From an uncultured Spirochaetota bacterium (GTDB lineage: Bacteria; Spirochaetota; Spirochaetia; Treponematales; Rectinemataceae): DNA of 64,000 nt. Numbering within the stretch: position 1 is the stretch's first letter; each line of letters opens with the position of its first letter. The position numbers and the translations under genes are program-made. The stretch covers positions 36,961 to 100,960 of the forward strand of contig CAIJMU010000016.1 in the NCBI GenBank assembly GCA_903821875.1, read 5' to 3'. Of the stretch, positions 35,039-43,374 are shown piece by piece. The notes beneath the pieces were generated by a model, which saw nothing but the letters and a program-made list of their open reading frames with translations, was not told the DNA's origin and searched no databases.

Positions 35039-35884
35039 ATGACCTCATATCGATTCAGGGAGAGGGTGCTGCGGGCCATCCTCTATGTCTTGATCGCCGC
35101 CCTCGGAGCGGTCTTCGTCTTCCCCTTCCTCTGGATGATCATCTCCTCGTTCAAGCTCAACCGGGATGTCCTGGCCATTCCCATCAGGTTCTTTCCGCCC
35201 GAATGGAACTGGATGAGTTATGTGAATGTTTTCACTAAATTCCCGGACTTCAATTTCCCGAGGCTCATCCTCAACAGCCTGGTTGTCACGACCATCGCGG
35301 TACTGTTCTGCCTCTTCCTCGCCGCTACCGCCGGCTATGGTTTTGCGAAATACAGGTTCAAAGGGAACAATGTCCTGTTTACGATAGTACTGGCTACCAT
35401 GATGATTTCCTTCGAAGCCATTGTCGTCCCGCTCTTCATCCTTGTGCGTCAATTGGGCATGCAGAACAACTACTGGGGTCTGATCATACCTGAAAGCCTC
35501 ACTGCCTTCGGGGTCTTCATGATGCGGCAGTTCTTCTATGCCCTTCCCAACGACTATATCGAAAGTGCGCGCATCGACGGCGCAAACGAATACACTATCT
35601 TCGTCAAGCTCGGCCTCCCGATGGCCAAGACCGCCCTCCTCGCCCTCGTCATCTTCCATGCCCAGTGGGTCTGGAACCTCCTGCTTTGGCCCATGATCGT
35701 CATGTCGAACCCCGACATGAGGGTCCTGCCCCAGGGGATCGCCCTCTTCAAGGGTGGTTATAATACCCCCTATCCGGAGCAACTGGCAGTAAGCGTGATC
35801 GCCTGCCTTCCCATCCTCCTCCTCTATATTTTTCTTTCCAAGTATTTCGTCAAGGGCATCGCCATGACCGGTCTGAAAGGCTAG
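35039..35884 (+). CDS. Carbohydrate ABC transporter permease (MalG-type)
   Basis: 281 aa from ATG 35039: FPFLWMIISSFK...YIESARIDGANEYTIFVKLGLP (EAA loop). Confidence 0.85.
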   Translation: MTSYRFRERVLRAILYVLIAALGAVFVFPFLWMIISSFKLNRDVLAIPIRFFPPEWNWMSYVNVFTKFPDFNFPRLILNSLVVTTIAVLFCLFLAATAGYGFAKYRFKGNNVLFTIVLATMMISFEAIVVPLFILVRQLGMQNNYWGLIIPESLTAFGVFMMRQFFYALPNDYIESARIDGANEYTIFVKLGLPMAKTALLALVIFHAQWVWNLLLWPMIVMSNPDMRVLPQGIALFKGGYNTPYPEQLAVSVIACLPILLLYIFLSKYFVKGIAMTGLKG

Positions 35885-35895
35885 GAAGGATCGAT

Positions 35896-36843
35896 ATGCG
35901 TGTAGTCGTGATCGGTGGAAGCGGACATATCGGGTCGTACCTGATACCCAGGCTGGTAGCCTTTGAACATGAGGTCTTCTGTGTGACGAGGGGCGAAAGA
36001 AGTCCCTATGTGGCTTCCCGCGCCTGGGAAAAGGTTTCGATGGTTGTCGCGGACCGCGAACTTGAAGACTTGGCCGGAACCTTCGGAAAGCGTATCGCAG
36101 CCCTAAAGGCCGATGTCGTCATAGACCTCGTGTGCTTCGATGAGGGGAGCGCCCGCCAATTGCTGGAGGCGCTCCGGGGACGCATTCGTATGCTCCTCCA
36201 CTGTGGCACGATCTGGGTCCATGGACACAGCGCCGTGCTGCCGACGTCGGAACTGCAACCCCGCCATCCCTTCGGGGACTATGGGATCAAAAAGGCAGCA
36301 ATAGAAGCATATTTATTGGAAGAAGCCGGCAGCCGCGGATTCCCTGTTTCGATCATCCACCCGGGGCACATAGTGGGCCGGGGATGGTGGCCGCTGAATC
36401 CGGCGGGGAACTTCAACCCGGAGGTATTCCAGAATCTGGCCCGAGGGAAGGATATCTCCCTGCCCCACCTCGGACTTGAGACTGTCCATCATGTGCATGC
36501 CGATGACCTTGCCTGGGCCTTCATGGCAGCGATGTCGAGCGCTGGACGGGCTATCGGGGAGAGTTTCCACATTGTATCAGGAAAGGCCCTGACCCTGCGC
36601 GGCTACGCCGAGGCTGTCTCGCGCTGGTTTGGCCAGACGCCATCGATCAGCTTCCACTCCTGGGAAGCCTTCCGTGCTGGCTGCTCAGAGGCGGATGCTG
36701 CCGCCAGTTGGGACCACATCGCCCATAGCCCCAACTGCAGCATTGAAAAGGCTGCGAATCTGATCGGCTATCACCCCCGGTATACCTCGCTCGAGGCGGT
36801 GTTCGATTCGCTCGAATACATGCAGGGCAAGGGACTCCTGTAG
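35896..36843 (+). CDS. NAD-dependent epimerase/dehydratase (SDR) family protein
   Basis: MRVVVIGGSGHIGSYL Rossmann motif; 315 aa. Confidence 0.75.
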   Translation: MRVVVIGGSGHIGSYLIPRLVAFEHEVFCVTRGERSPYVASRAWEKVSMVVADRELEDLAGTFGKRIAALKADVVIDLVCFDEGSARQLLEALRGRIRMLLHCGTIWVHGHSAVLPTSELQPRHPFGDYGIKKAAIEAYLLEEAGSRGFPVSIIHPGHIVGRGWWPLNPAGNFNPEVFQNLARGKDISLPHLGLETVHHVHADDLAWAFMAAMSSAGRAIGESFHIVSGKALTLRGYAEAVSRWFGQTPSISFHSWEAFRAGCSEADAAASWDHIAHSPNCSIEKAANLIGYHPRYTSLEAVFDSLEYMQGKGLL

Positions 36844-36864
36844 CGGGGCGTTGCTGCAACTCCT

Positions 36865-37941
36865 TCAGCCGGGCAGGGCCGACGGCGGCAGACCTCCGAT
36901 GTCAAAGCGCTCCGAAACATACTCAGCTAATTCATTTCTTTTGAGACGGGCGACGGTCACTTCGATTTCGCTGATGTCGGATTCTCCTGGTCCAAGGCAG
37001 GCAGCCCCCGAGTGGGCTTCTATCTCACAGAAAGCGCGATCTCCCTTTCCCGGATCGCTGTAGGCCTGGGCAGCATCTCCATTCATGAGCGCTTCCGTAC
37101 CCATGTGGCTGGGCTTGTCGAGATAGACGCCAGCGGGATCCACGGCAAAGCGCATCGCCACGAGAAGATACGAATTGCGATCGCTTCCTGTTATGCTTGA
37201 CCTGCGGATGTGGAGGACCGTCCCATTTGAGTCCTTTGCCCCCAGGCCGACCTTGTATCTCGAGCCTCCGCGGACCCTGAGCCAGGCCCATTTTCCGCTC
37301 AGGCCTGAGACTCCAGGCGGCAAGGCTACAAAGTAGGGCCTGAGGCAGGAGTCGCCTTCTGCGTGCATCGAGGTAAGAGCGAAAAATACCGTGCCCACTT
37401 CTGCACAGGGAAGCTGGAGAATCGACCAGAGGCCAATGCGCTGGTCGACGGTCGAAGTGCCCAGGTTCCTGACCTCGTGCCTGAAATCGAAGACCAGCGT
37501 TGCGGGATGAGCCGGGACCTTTTCCGACAGTCTCATGCTGCGGGTAATGGAAATGGGGAACCTCGCTCCGTCGGCCGCTGAGGCTTTAAGCACCGTGCAG
37601 TAGTTCCGCCACCCAGTGAGGGCTGAAATAGCCTCATAGTTACCCGGATCGAGGTCGGGGGGCACCCCCCAATCCAGGCCGTCGGAGGAAAAGAAGAAAG
37701 CCCCAGGGCCGGATTCAGGGGCAAGCCAGGTCCTCATTCCGCCGGCATTGCCGCCCTTATCCCAAGGGCCTTGCGACAGCTCGGGCGAAACCCAGAAGGC
37801 GTTTTCCTCGTCGATGCCAGCTCCCATGATGCGCGCCCCGAGGCCAGGCGCGACAAGCATCCAGCGGGACCCGGATTCGACGAGGTCGAAGGCAAGTCCG
37901 GAAGCCTCGAGCAATGCGATGAGTCCCAGTTTCGTCAGCAT
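36865..37941 (-). CDS. Hypothetical protein (possibly aldose-epimerase-like beta-sandwich); last gene of the operon
   Basis: 358 aa from ATG 37941, 10 nt after the PIG-L stop. GGNAGGMRTWLAPE resembles the GG..W.APE segment of DUF4380-type proteins. The assignment is weak. Confidence 0.45.
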   Translation of the reverse strand: MLTKLGLIALLEASGLAFDLVESGSRWMLVAPGLGARIMGAGIDEENAFWVSPELSQGPWDKGGNAGGMRTWLAPESGPGAFFFSSDGLDWGVPPDLDPGNYEAISALTGWRNYCTVLKASAADGARFPISITRSMRLSEKVPAHPATLVFDFRHEVRNLGTSTVDQRIGLWSILQLPCAEVGTVFFALTSMHAEGDSCLRPYFVALPPGVSGLSGKWAWLRVRGGSRYKVGLGAKDSNGTVLHIRRSSITGSDRNSYLLVAMRFAVDPAGVYLDKPSHMGTEALMNGDAAQAYSDPGKGDRAFCEIEAHSGAACLGPGESDISEIEVTVARLKRNELAEYVSERFDIGGLPPSALPG

Positions 37942-37951
37942 TATGACGATC

Positions 37952-38659
37952 CTAGGGAAGGAGCTTCCAGTCGGGCATGTAGCCATGGATGCGATAGGCG
38001 CGGAAACCCTCCGCGTATTTCCGCCCGACGGCGAGGCCCCTGAAAGAGCCCAGGATGCGGCTGTGCTCAGTGAGGCTCACGTCCTGGAAGGTAGAAAGCC
38101 AGGCGAACTGGCTCTTGTGCATACCGAGGCCCCTGAGCTTGTCTTCCATCGTATCCGAGACGTCCACGTAGGCCTCGGGTTCAAAGTGGAGCCCGGCCGC
38201 AGTATCCCAGTAGAAAAGGGCGGGAGCTGTGGTCATGGGGGCTTCTGTGGCGGGCACGTTCTTGCCCGGAAGGCTCAGCATGACGCGGCCCACCACGGTT
38301 CCCGTCACATTGTGGTCTGTGCTCATGTCGCCGGGAAAGTGGGTGAGGATCACGTCGGGTGAGGCCCAGCGGATCGCATCGATGAGGTCGCTTCGAAGCT
38401 TGGGGCTATCGAGGAGTCCCTCGTCGTCGTTGCGGAGGAAGCGGACAGCGGCGTTGTTGTAGAGCTTGGCGGATTCGAGCTGCTCTTGTTCGCGGATGCG
38501 CGCTATCTCCTCCCGTCCCACGATCACGTTGGAACCGATGTTGCCGCTTGTCGTGAGCGTTATGAAGACCTTGTGGCCGGCACGGGCATACTTGAGCAGG
38601 GTTCCCGCACAGTAGAATTCCACATCGTCGGGATGTGCGCCGATTGCGAGGATGTTCAT
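37952..38659 (-). CDS. PIG-L/LmbE family deacetylase (copy 1)
   Basis: MNILAIGAHPDDVEFYCAGTL motif. ATG 38659 overlaps the GatC-like stop (ATGA), with AAGGAG upstream. Confidence 0.8.
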   Translation of the reverse strand: MNILAIGAHPDDVEFYCAGTLLKYARAGHKVFITLTTSGNIGSNVIVGREEIARIREQEQLESAKLYNNAAVRFLRNDDEGLLDSPKLRSDLIDAIRWASPDVILTHFPGDMSTDHNVTGTVVGRVMLSLPGKNVPATEAPMTTAPALFYWDTAAGLHFEPEAYVDVSDTMEDKLRGLGMHKSQFAWLSTFQDVSLTEHSRILGSFRGLAVGRKYAEGFRAYRIHGYMPDWKLLP

Positions 38660-40002
38660 TCCAATAGCTCCTTCTTGTTGCGTTTCCACGCGAAATACAT
38701 GAGTGCCAGGACGACCGGAACTCCCAGGAGGGCGAGCGGATTGCCCTGGAAGAGGTAGAAGAACCAGAAGCGAAGGGGGTTGCCTCCATCGGCAAAGGCC
38801 GTGATCTGTCCCGCGTAACTTGCCGTGCCCACCATGCCTGCCTGGGCCGAGAGCCTCGTGTACATGGGCGCAAAATGCGTGGCGATGAGAAGGAAGGAGA
38901 TGACCACCGGGATGCCTATGATGACAGCGCGGAACACGTTGCTCCGGGTGACGAGCACTATGACCGACATCACCGAGATGAGGTTCGCCAGGTCGCCGAG
39001 GGGGAGGACCTTGTTGCCCGGCAGGATGAAGGCGATGGCGATGCTGATCGGCATGAGGATGAGCCCGGTTACTATTACAGCACTGTTCTGCATCAGGATA
39101 CCGGAGTCCATGCCGATGTACAGGACCTTCTTGTCGGGAAAGCGTTTTTGGATCAAGGCCTTCAATTGCAGCGATACCGGTTCCATGGCCCTGCCGATGA
39201 GACCTCCACAGTGTGGGAGTATGAACATGACGGCAGCTATGTTGATGGCCAGCTCGAGCACGCGCTTGATGTCGTAGGCGGCCAGGATCCCGAAAAGGAT
39301 GCCGATGCTGGCTCCGATGACGAGGGGGTCCATGAGGATGCCGAAACGCTGCGCCGCGCCCTTGGGGGAGAGGGATATCTTTCGCAGGCCCGGGACGAGG
39401 TCAAAAAACCTGTCTGCCGCTACCGCGTAGGGAAGGATGCCGTTGACCGAGAGGGTCGTGATGGAAATGCCCTTGAGCCCACACTCCCTCTCCACCCCGG
39501 GGGCAGTCCAGTCTGCGACAAGGATTGAGTAGAAGGCTATGAGAACCGTGACGAAGAGGCCAAGGGCGATGCTTCCGGAAACGCTCTGTACCAAGGCTCC
39601 CACGAGGGCGAAGTGCCAGTAATTCCAGATATCGATATTGATCGTTTTAGTTATGTTTAAAGAAAGCATCGCAATATTGAGGACGAGCACGAGGACGATG
39701 GTGAGGGGGGCAATGGGCGATGCCCAGGTTATCGCAGCGAGGGGAGGCCAGCCCACATCCAGCACAGGAAAGTCGAGCCCTCGGGTTACGACCATCGAGG
39801 TTACCGCTGGGGCGATCTGCTTTACGAAAAAGTCGAAGACGATAAAGATGCCGGCGAAGCCCACACCAAGACGCAGGGCTGAAAGCGCAGCCTGGCCTGG
39901 CTTCATCCTGATGATGAGGCCGAGGGCGAGGATGATGCCAGGCAGCATGACGTAGGCCTTGAAGCTGAAGATAAAGGCTACGACATTCGAAAGTGTTTCC
40001 AT
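38656..40002 (-). CDS. PTS galactitol-family EIIC-type permease (GatC-like), with no IIA/IIB nearby
   Basis: 448 aa, co-linear with E. coli GatC as I remember it (not re-aligned): ...VLDVGWPPLAAITWASPIA...NIDIWNYWHFALVGALV...VLPLGDLAN... Confidence 0.8.
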   Translation of the reverse strand: METLSNVVAFIFSFKAYVMLPGIILALGLIIRMKPGQAALSALRLGVGFAGIFIVFDFFVKQIAPAVTSMVVTRGLDFPVLDVGWPPLAAITWASPIAPLTIVLVLVLNIAMLSLNITKTINIDIWNYWHFALVGALVQSVSGSIALGLFVTVLIAFYSILVADWTAPGVERECGLKGISITTLSVNGILPYAVAADRFFDLVPGLRKISLSPKGAAQRFGILMDPLVIGASIGILFGILAAYDIKRVLELAINIAAVMFILPHCGGLIGRAMEPVSLQLKALIQKRFPDKKVLYIGMDSGILMQNSAVIVTGLILMPISIAIAFILPGNKVLPLGDLANLISVMSVIVLVTRSNVFRAVIIGIPVVISFLLIATHFAPMYTRLSAQAGMVGTASYAGQITAFADGGNPLRFWFFYLFQGNPLALLGVPVVLALMYFAWKRNKKELLE

Positions 40003-40015
40003 CGGAGCTATTCCG

Positions 40016-40786
40016 CTAGGCCAGGGGAAGGGTCATGCAGCTTCCACCGAGGAGTTCGGCCAGAGGGTTGCAGTCCTGCCTGGTGAAGCCCACGTGCGAA
40101 TGCCTGCGCCATCCCTCCGCCCAGCGAAAGCTTCCCGACATCGTCCCTACGCGCTCGGCGATATCCCTCATGGTTGCGAGGTAGGAGTCGAAGCCCTGTG
40201 TTGTATCCAGCCAGGCTTTCTGGCTTTCGTGGCAGGCGAGCATCCTGGTCTTCTCTTCGAGGACACTGCCTATATCCACGAAGATTTCGGGGACGATGGG
40301 TCTCCGCATCATGTCGGTGAGGGTGTGGGGTGTCGCGTGATAGAGCATGGCGTCTTCGAAGATGGCCGATTCATCAGGGATAGAACGATAGCTTTCGATG
40401 CCCCGCGAAAAGGTGGCGGTGACTGCGACCCGCGCAGTGTTCATGTGGTCTTCCATGTAGTCCTCAAGGGACTGGGTGAACACAAGGTCGGGTTTGACCT
40501 TGCGCACGAGGGCCGTGACACGCTTGATGAGAGTCTGCTCGTAGAAGACGCCCAGGTCGTCCACGAGGCTTTCATGGATGATGAAACCGTTCCGCGCCGC
40601 CGACGCCTGGGCTTCTGCCCAGCGTATCGCGGCGATCTCCTGTGGCCTATGCTCGGCGCTTCCGACACAACCATTGGCGATGTTGATGGTGTGGATCGCG
40701 CAACCTGCCTGCTTGAGGAGGAGTAGCGTGCCTCCCATCATCATCTCCATGTCGTCGGGGTGGCAACAGATCGCGAGGACTGTCAT
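40016..40786 (-). CDS. PIG-L/LmbE family deacetylase (copy 2)
   Basis: MTVLAICCHPDDMEMMMGGTL motif; 256 aa. Confidence 0.8.
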   Translation of the reverse strand: MTVLAICCHPDDMEMMMGGTLLLLKQAGCAIHTINIANGCVGSAEHRPQEIAAIRWAEAQASAARNGFIIHESLVDDLGVFYEQTLIKRVTALVRKVKPDLVFTQSLEDYMEDHMNTARVAVTATFSRGIESYRSIPDESAIFEDAMLYHATPHTLTDMMRRPIVPEIFVDIGSVLEEKTRMLACHESQKAWLDTTQGFDSYLATMRDIAERVGTMSGSFRWAEGWRRHSHVGFTRQDCNPLAELLGGSCMTLPLA

Positions 40787-40831
40787 GGCTTGACTCCTTG
40801 TGTCGAGATGCCAGAAAAGGCATAGCTACGA

Positions 40832-41485
40832 TCAATCATGGCCGAAAAACTCATTTTCGAGCATCGCGCAAAGCGCATGGTAGATCGGCAGGTGGAGTTC
40901 CTGCACGAGGAAGGTCTCGTCGGCGGGGGCCCTGATGCAGGTATCGGAAAGCTCGCCTAACTTCCCTCCTTCGCGGCCGGTCAGGCCGATCACCGTGATG
41001 CCGAAGGCCTTGGCCGCGATGCTTGCGTTGAAGACATTCTGGGCATTGCCGGAAGTGCTGATCGCGAGGAGGCTGTCACCTGGCTTGCCCCAGCCACAGA
41101 GGAGCTGGGCAAAGACCATGTCGGCGGACAGGTCGTTGGCAAAGGCGGTCGCCAGGCTCGGGTGGCCGTTGAGCGAGATGGCTGGCAGTGCAGCCTGGAG
41201 TCCCTTTGCGAAGTCCAGGGCCTGGCCGCCCAGGATCCCGGCGAGGGCCATGACCTTATTCTCGGCGAGGGGCCTGGGCAACCTGAAGCCCTTCATCAGC
41301 TCTCCCACGATGTGCTCGGCATCGGCAGCGCTTCCGCCGTTCCCGCAGGTGAAGAGCTTGCCTCCGGCGGCGAAACAGTCGCGCAGGACAGTGCAGGCTG
41401 CGAGGATGTCGCGCTCGCAGGCCTTGAGTTCGGGCCTCCGGACCATGAGGTCGGCCAGGATGTCAGCGCTTCGAGTATTCATCAT
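40832..41485 (-). CDS. SIS-domain sugar-phosphate isomerase (GmhA/DiaA-like)
   Basis: GGKLFTCGNGGSAADAEHIVGEL...LLAISTSGNAQNV...VIGLTG. The ATG overlaps the ROK kinase stop (ATGA). Confidence 0.75.
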   Translation of the reverse strand: MMNTRSADILADLMVRRPELKACERDILAACTVLRDCFAAGGKLFTCGNGGSAADAEHIVGELMKGFRLPRPLAENKVMALAGILGGQALDFAKGLQAALPAISLNGHPSLATAFANDLSADMVFAQLLCGWGKPGDSLLAISTSGNAQNVFNASIAAKAFGITVIGLTGREGGKLGELSDTCIRAPADETFLVQELHLPIYHALCAMLENEFFGHD

Positions 41486-42519
41486 AGTTCCTTTCCTGTG
41501 TGGTCAAAGGCGACTGCCAGGGCAGCGTAGTCGCCGACCTCCTCACCGAGCCCGGCGGAAAGGACGACGCAGGCCTTCCGGCTCAGGCCGAGGCACTCGG
41601 CGGACATGGCCTTTTCCATGGATGGGAATAGGAGGTCGGCGCAGCGCATGAAGATGCCACCAATTATTATTGCCTCGGGGTTGAGGATGTCTACCAGGAC
41701 CGAAAGCCCCTTTCCGAGAAAGCGTCCCGAAACGGCGAACACCGATTTCGCGCCCTCGTCGCCGGCCCTGGCTGCCACTGCGACCGATTTTGCGTCGATC
41801 CCGGCAAGGTTATCGGTACTGGGACAAAATACCCATGGCCTGCCGGCCTGGATGCCCTCGAGGGCAAGGCTTCTGGCGAGTTGGGCGATCCCTCCACCCG
41901 AGCAGAAGCCCTCGAAAGAGCCGGACTTTCCGTAGCCGACGGGGCCGAAATCGGCGAGCCTGATGTGCCCGACCTCCCCCGCCATGGAGGACCTGCCCTC
42001 GATGAGGTGTCCGCCTGCGATTATTCCGGCTCCAAGGCCCGTTCCGAAGGTGAGGAACACGAGGTCTGAGAGTCCCCTGCCCGCGCCGTAGCGCCACTCC
42101 GCCAAAGCACAGGCATTGGCATCATTTTGCAGCAGGGCTTCGATGCCGAAGCGTTCCTTGAAAAAGCCACTTACCGGCACCTCGTCCCAGCCGGGAAGGT
42201 TGGGAGGCGAAAGAATGAGACCCTTTTTGCAATCGAGGGGGCCGCCGCAGCTGATGCCTATCGATCCTATGGCCTGGATCGAAAGCCCTTTGTCTTCCAA
42301 GGCCCGGTCTATGAGGCCAGCGAGGCCCTCGAGACAGGCAGTCGGACCCGTGAAATCTGCCGTCGTAAGTGAGGCCTTCCACTCGATGTCCAGCCGTTCA
42401 TTCGAGCTTCCGCCATCGAGCAGGCAGCCAAGCGTGACAGCGCACTTTGTGCCACCGATATCGATGCCCAGGGCACGGGGTGGAGAGTCTTGATTTTCTT
42501 GCTGCGTGCTTCCTCGCAT
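41482..42519 (-). CDS. ROK family sugar kinase
   Basis: ALGIDIGGTKCAV...GISCGGPLD...GEVGHIRL. No N-terminal HTH. Start ambiguous: ATG 42519 or TTG 42555. Confidence 0.8.
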   Translation of the reverse strand: MRGSTQQENQDSPPRALGIDIGGTKCAVTLGCLLDGGSSNERLDIEWKASLTTADFTGPTACLEGLAGLIDRALEDKGLSIQAIGSIGISCGGPLDCKKGLILSPPNLPGWDEVPVSGFFKERFGIEALLQNDANACALAEWRYGAGRGLSDLVFLTFGTGLGAGIIAGGHLIEGRSSMAGEVGHIRLADFGPVGYGKSGSFEGFCSGGGIAQLARSLALEGIQAGRPWVFCPSTDNLAGIDAKSVAVAARAGDEGAKSVFAVSGRFLGKGLSVLVDILNPEAIIIGGIFMRCADLLFPSMEKAMSAECLGLSRKACVVLSAGLGEEVGDYAALAVAFDHTGKEL

Positions 42520-42601
42520 GAAGCTACTTTGCTCCGGCGCTGGGAAGGCTGTCAAATGGATTCACTCCGCATGATGGTTCTGCGCGGGGCTGCCGAGGGC
42601 G

Positions 42602-42651
42602 ACAAAACAAGAGATCGAGGCCTCGGTTGCCCTCGTCCCAAACGCCTCGAT
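42602..42651 (-). terminator. Possible terminator downstream of vapC
   Basis: On the minus strand, an 8-bp stem ATCGAGGC/GCCTCGAT (42614-42621 and 42644-42651) with a large loop, followed by CTCTTGTTTTGT. Weak. Confidence 0.3.
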
Positions 42652-43080
42652 TCAGCTCTTTCCAAGATCCCAGGGATTGAAGAGTTCGACCCCCGTCTCA
42701 ACGAAGTCTTTGACGTTTCTGGTCGCCAGGACGGCGCCATGTCCGATCGCGCTTGCGGCCTTCAGGCCATCGACCACAGGAAGGGTCCGGCCTCTGGATG
42801 CCAGCAGGGCATCCAGATGTCCCCAGAGAAGCGCCACCCCGGCATCGATAGGAAGCACCCTCGAGCCAAAGCGACGTTGGAGCTCCAGGAGCCAGTTCTC
42901 CAGACTGCTGCGCTTTGCCCCCTGCTTGAGTTTTTCGATTCCCTTTCCGAGTTCTCCCAAGGTCAGCGAGCACAGGAAGAGCTCGGATTCGTCCTGCGCT
43001 GCCAGCCAGGCAAGGACTGCGGAATGAGGCCGAGGACGGACCAGCTCAGAAATGATGCAGGTATCCAGTACGACCTTCAC
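42652..43080 (-). CDS. vapC: Type II toxin VapC (PIN domain)
   Basis: MKVVLDTCIISEL...LCSLTLGEL...LATRNVKDF, 142 aa. 4-nt overlap with the upstream antitoxin gene. Confidence 0.85.
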   Translation of the reverse strand: MKVVLDTCIISELVRPRPHSAVLAWLAAQDESELFLCSLTLGELGKGIEKLKQGAKRSSLENWLLELQRRFGSRVLPIDAGVALLWGHLDALLASRGRTLPVVDGLKAASAIGHGAVLATRNVKDFVETGVELFNPWDLGKS

Positions 43081-43328
43081 AGTGCTATCGCCCTCCCTCC
43101 CTCCTTCGAGCGCTCTATCGCAAGCTCGACTCGAGGAGCGGAACGCAGGAAGGAAACGAGATCGGTCCCTCTCCTCGTGAGCCGGGCGTATTCCTCGTCC
43201 GAAACCATTACCACGGAGGCCTTACCCCTTCGGGTGATAACCTGAGGGCCTTCGTCGATGGTCTTCTGTACGAGCTCACTGAAGCGGGCCTTGGCTTCCT
43301 GCAGCTGCCAGGTATCGGAATCTGCCAT
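43077..43328 (-). CDS. Type II antitoxin (Phd/YefM-type) partner of VapC
   Basis: 83 aa: WQLQEAKARFSELVQKTIDEGPQVITRRGKASVVMVSDEEYARL. Confidence 0.8.
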   Translation of the reverse strand: MADSDTWQLQEAKARFSELVQKTIDEGPQVITRRGKASVVMVSDEEYARLTRRGTDLVSFLRSAPRVELAIERSKEGGRAIAL

Positions 43329-43345
43329 GGTATACCTCCAGACAA

Positions 43346-43374
43346 TAATTACTCTGACCAGTCTGACCAGTCAA
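43346..43374 (-). promoter_or_regulatory. Candidate sigma70-type promoter of the antitoxin/toxin operon, with a direct repeat in the spacer
   Basis: Minus strand: TTGACT (43369-43374), a 17-nt spacer, TAATTA (43346-43351), then GGAGG and ATG. The spacer carries the 9-bp tandem CTGACCAGT x2 (43354-43371). Confidence 0.5.
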
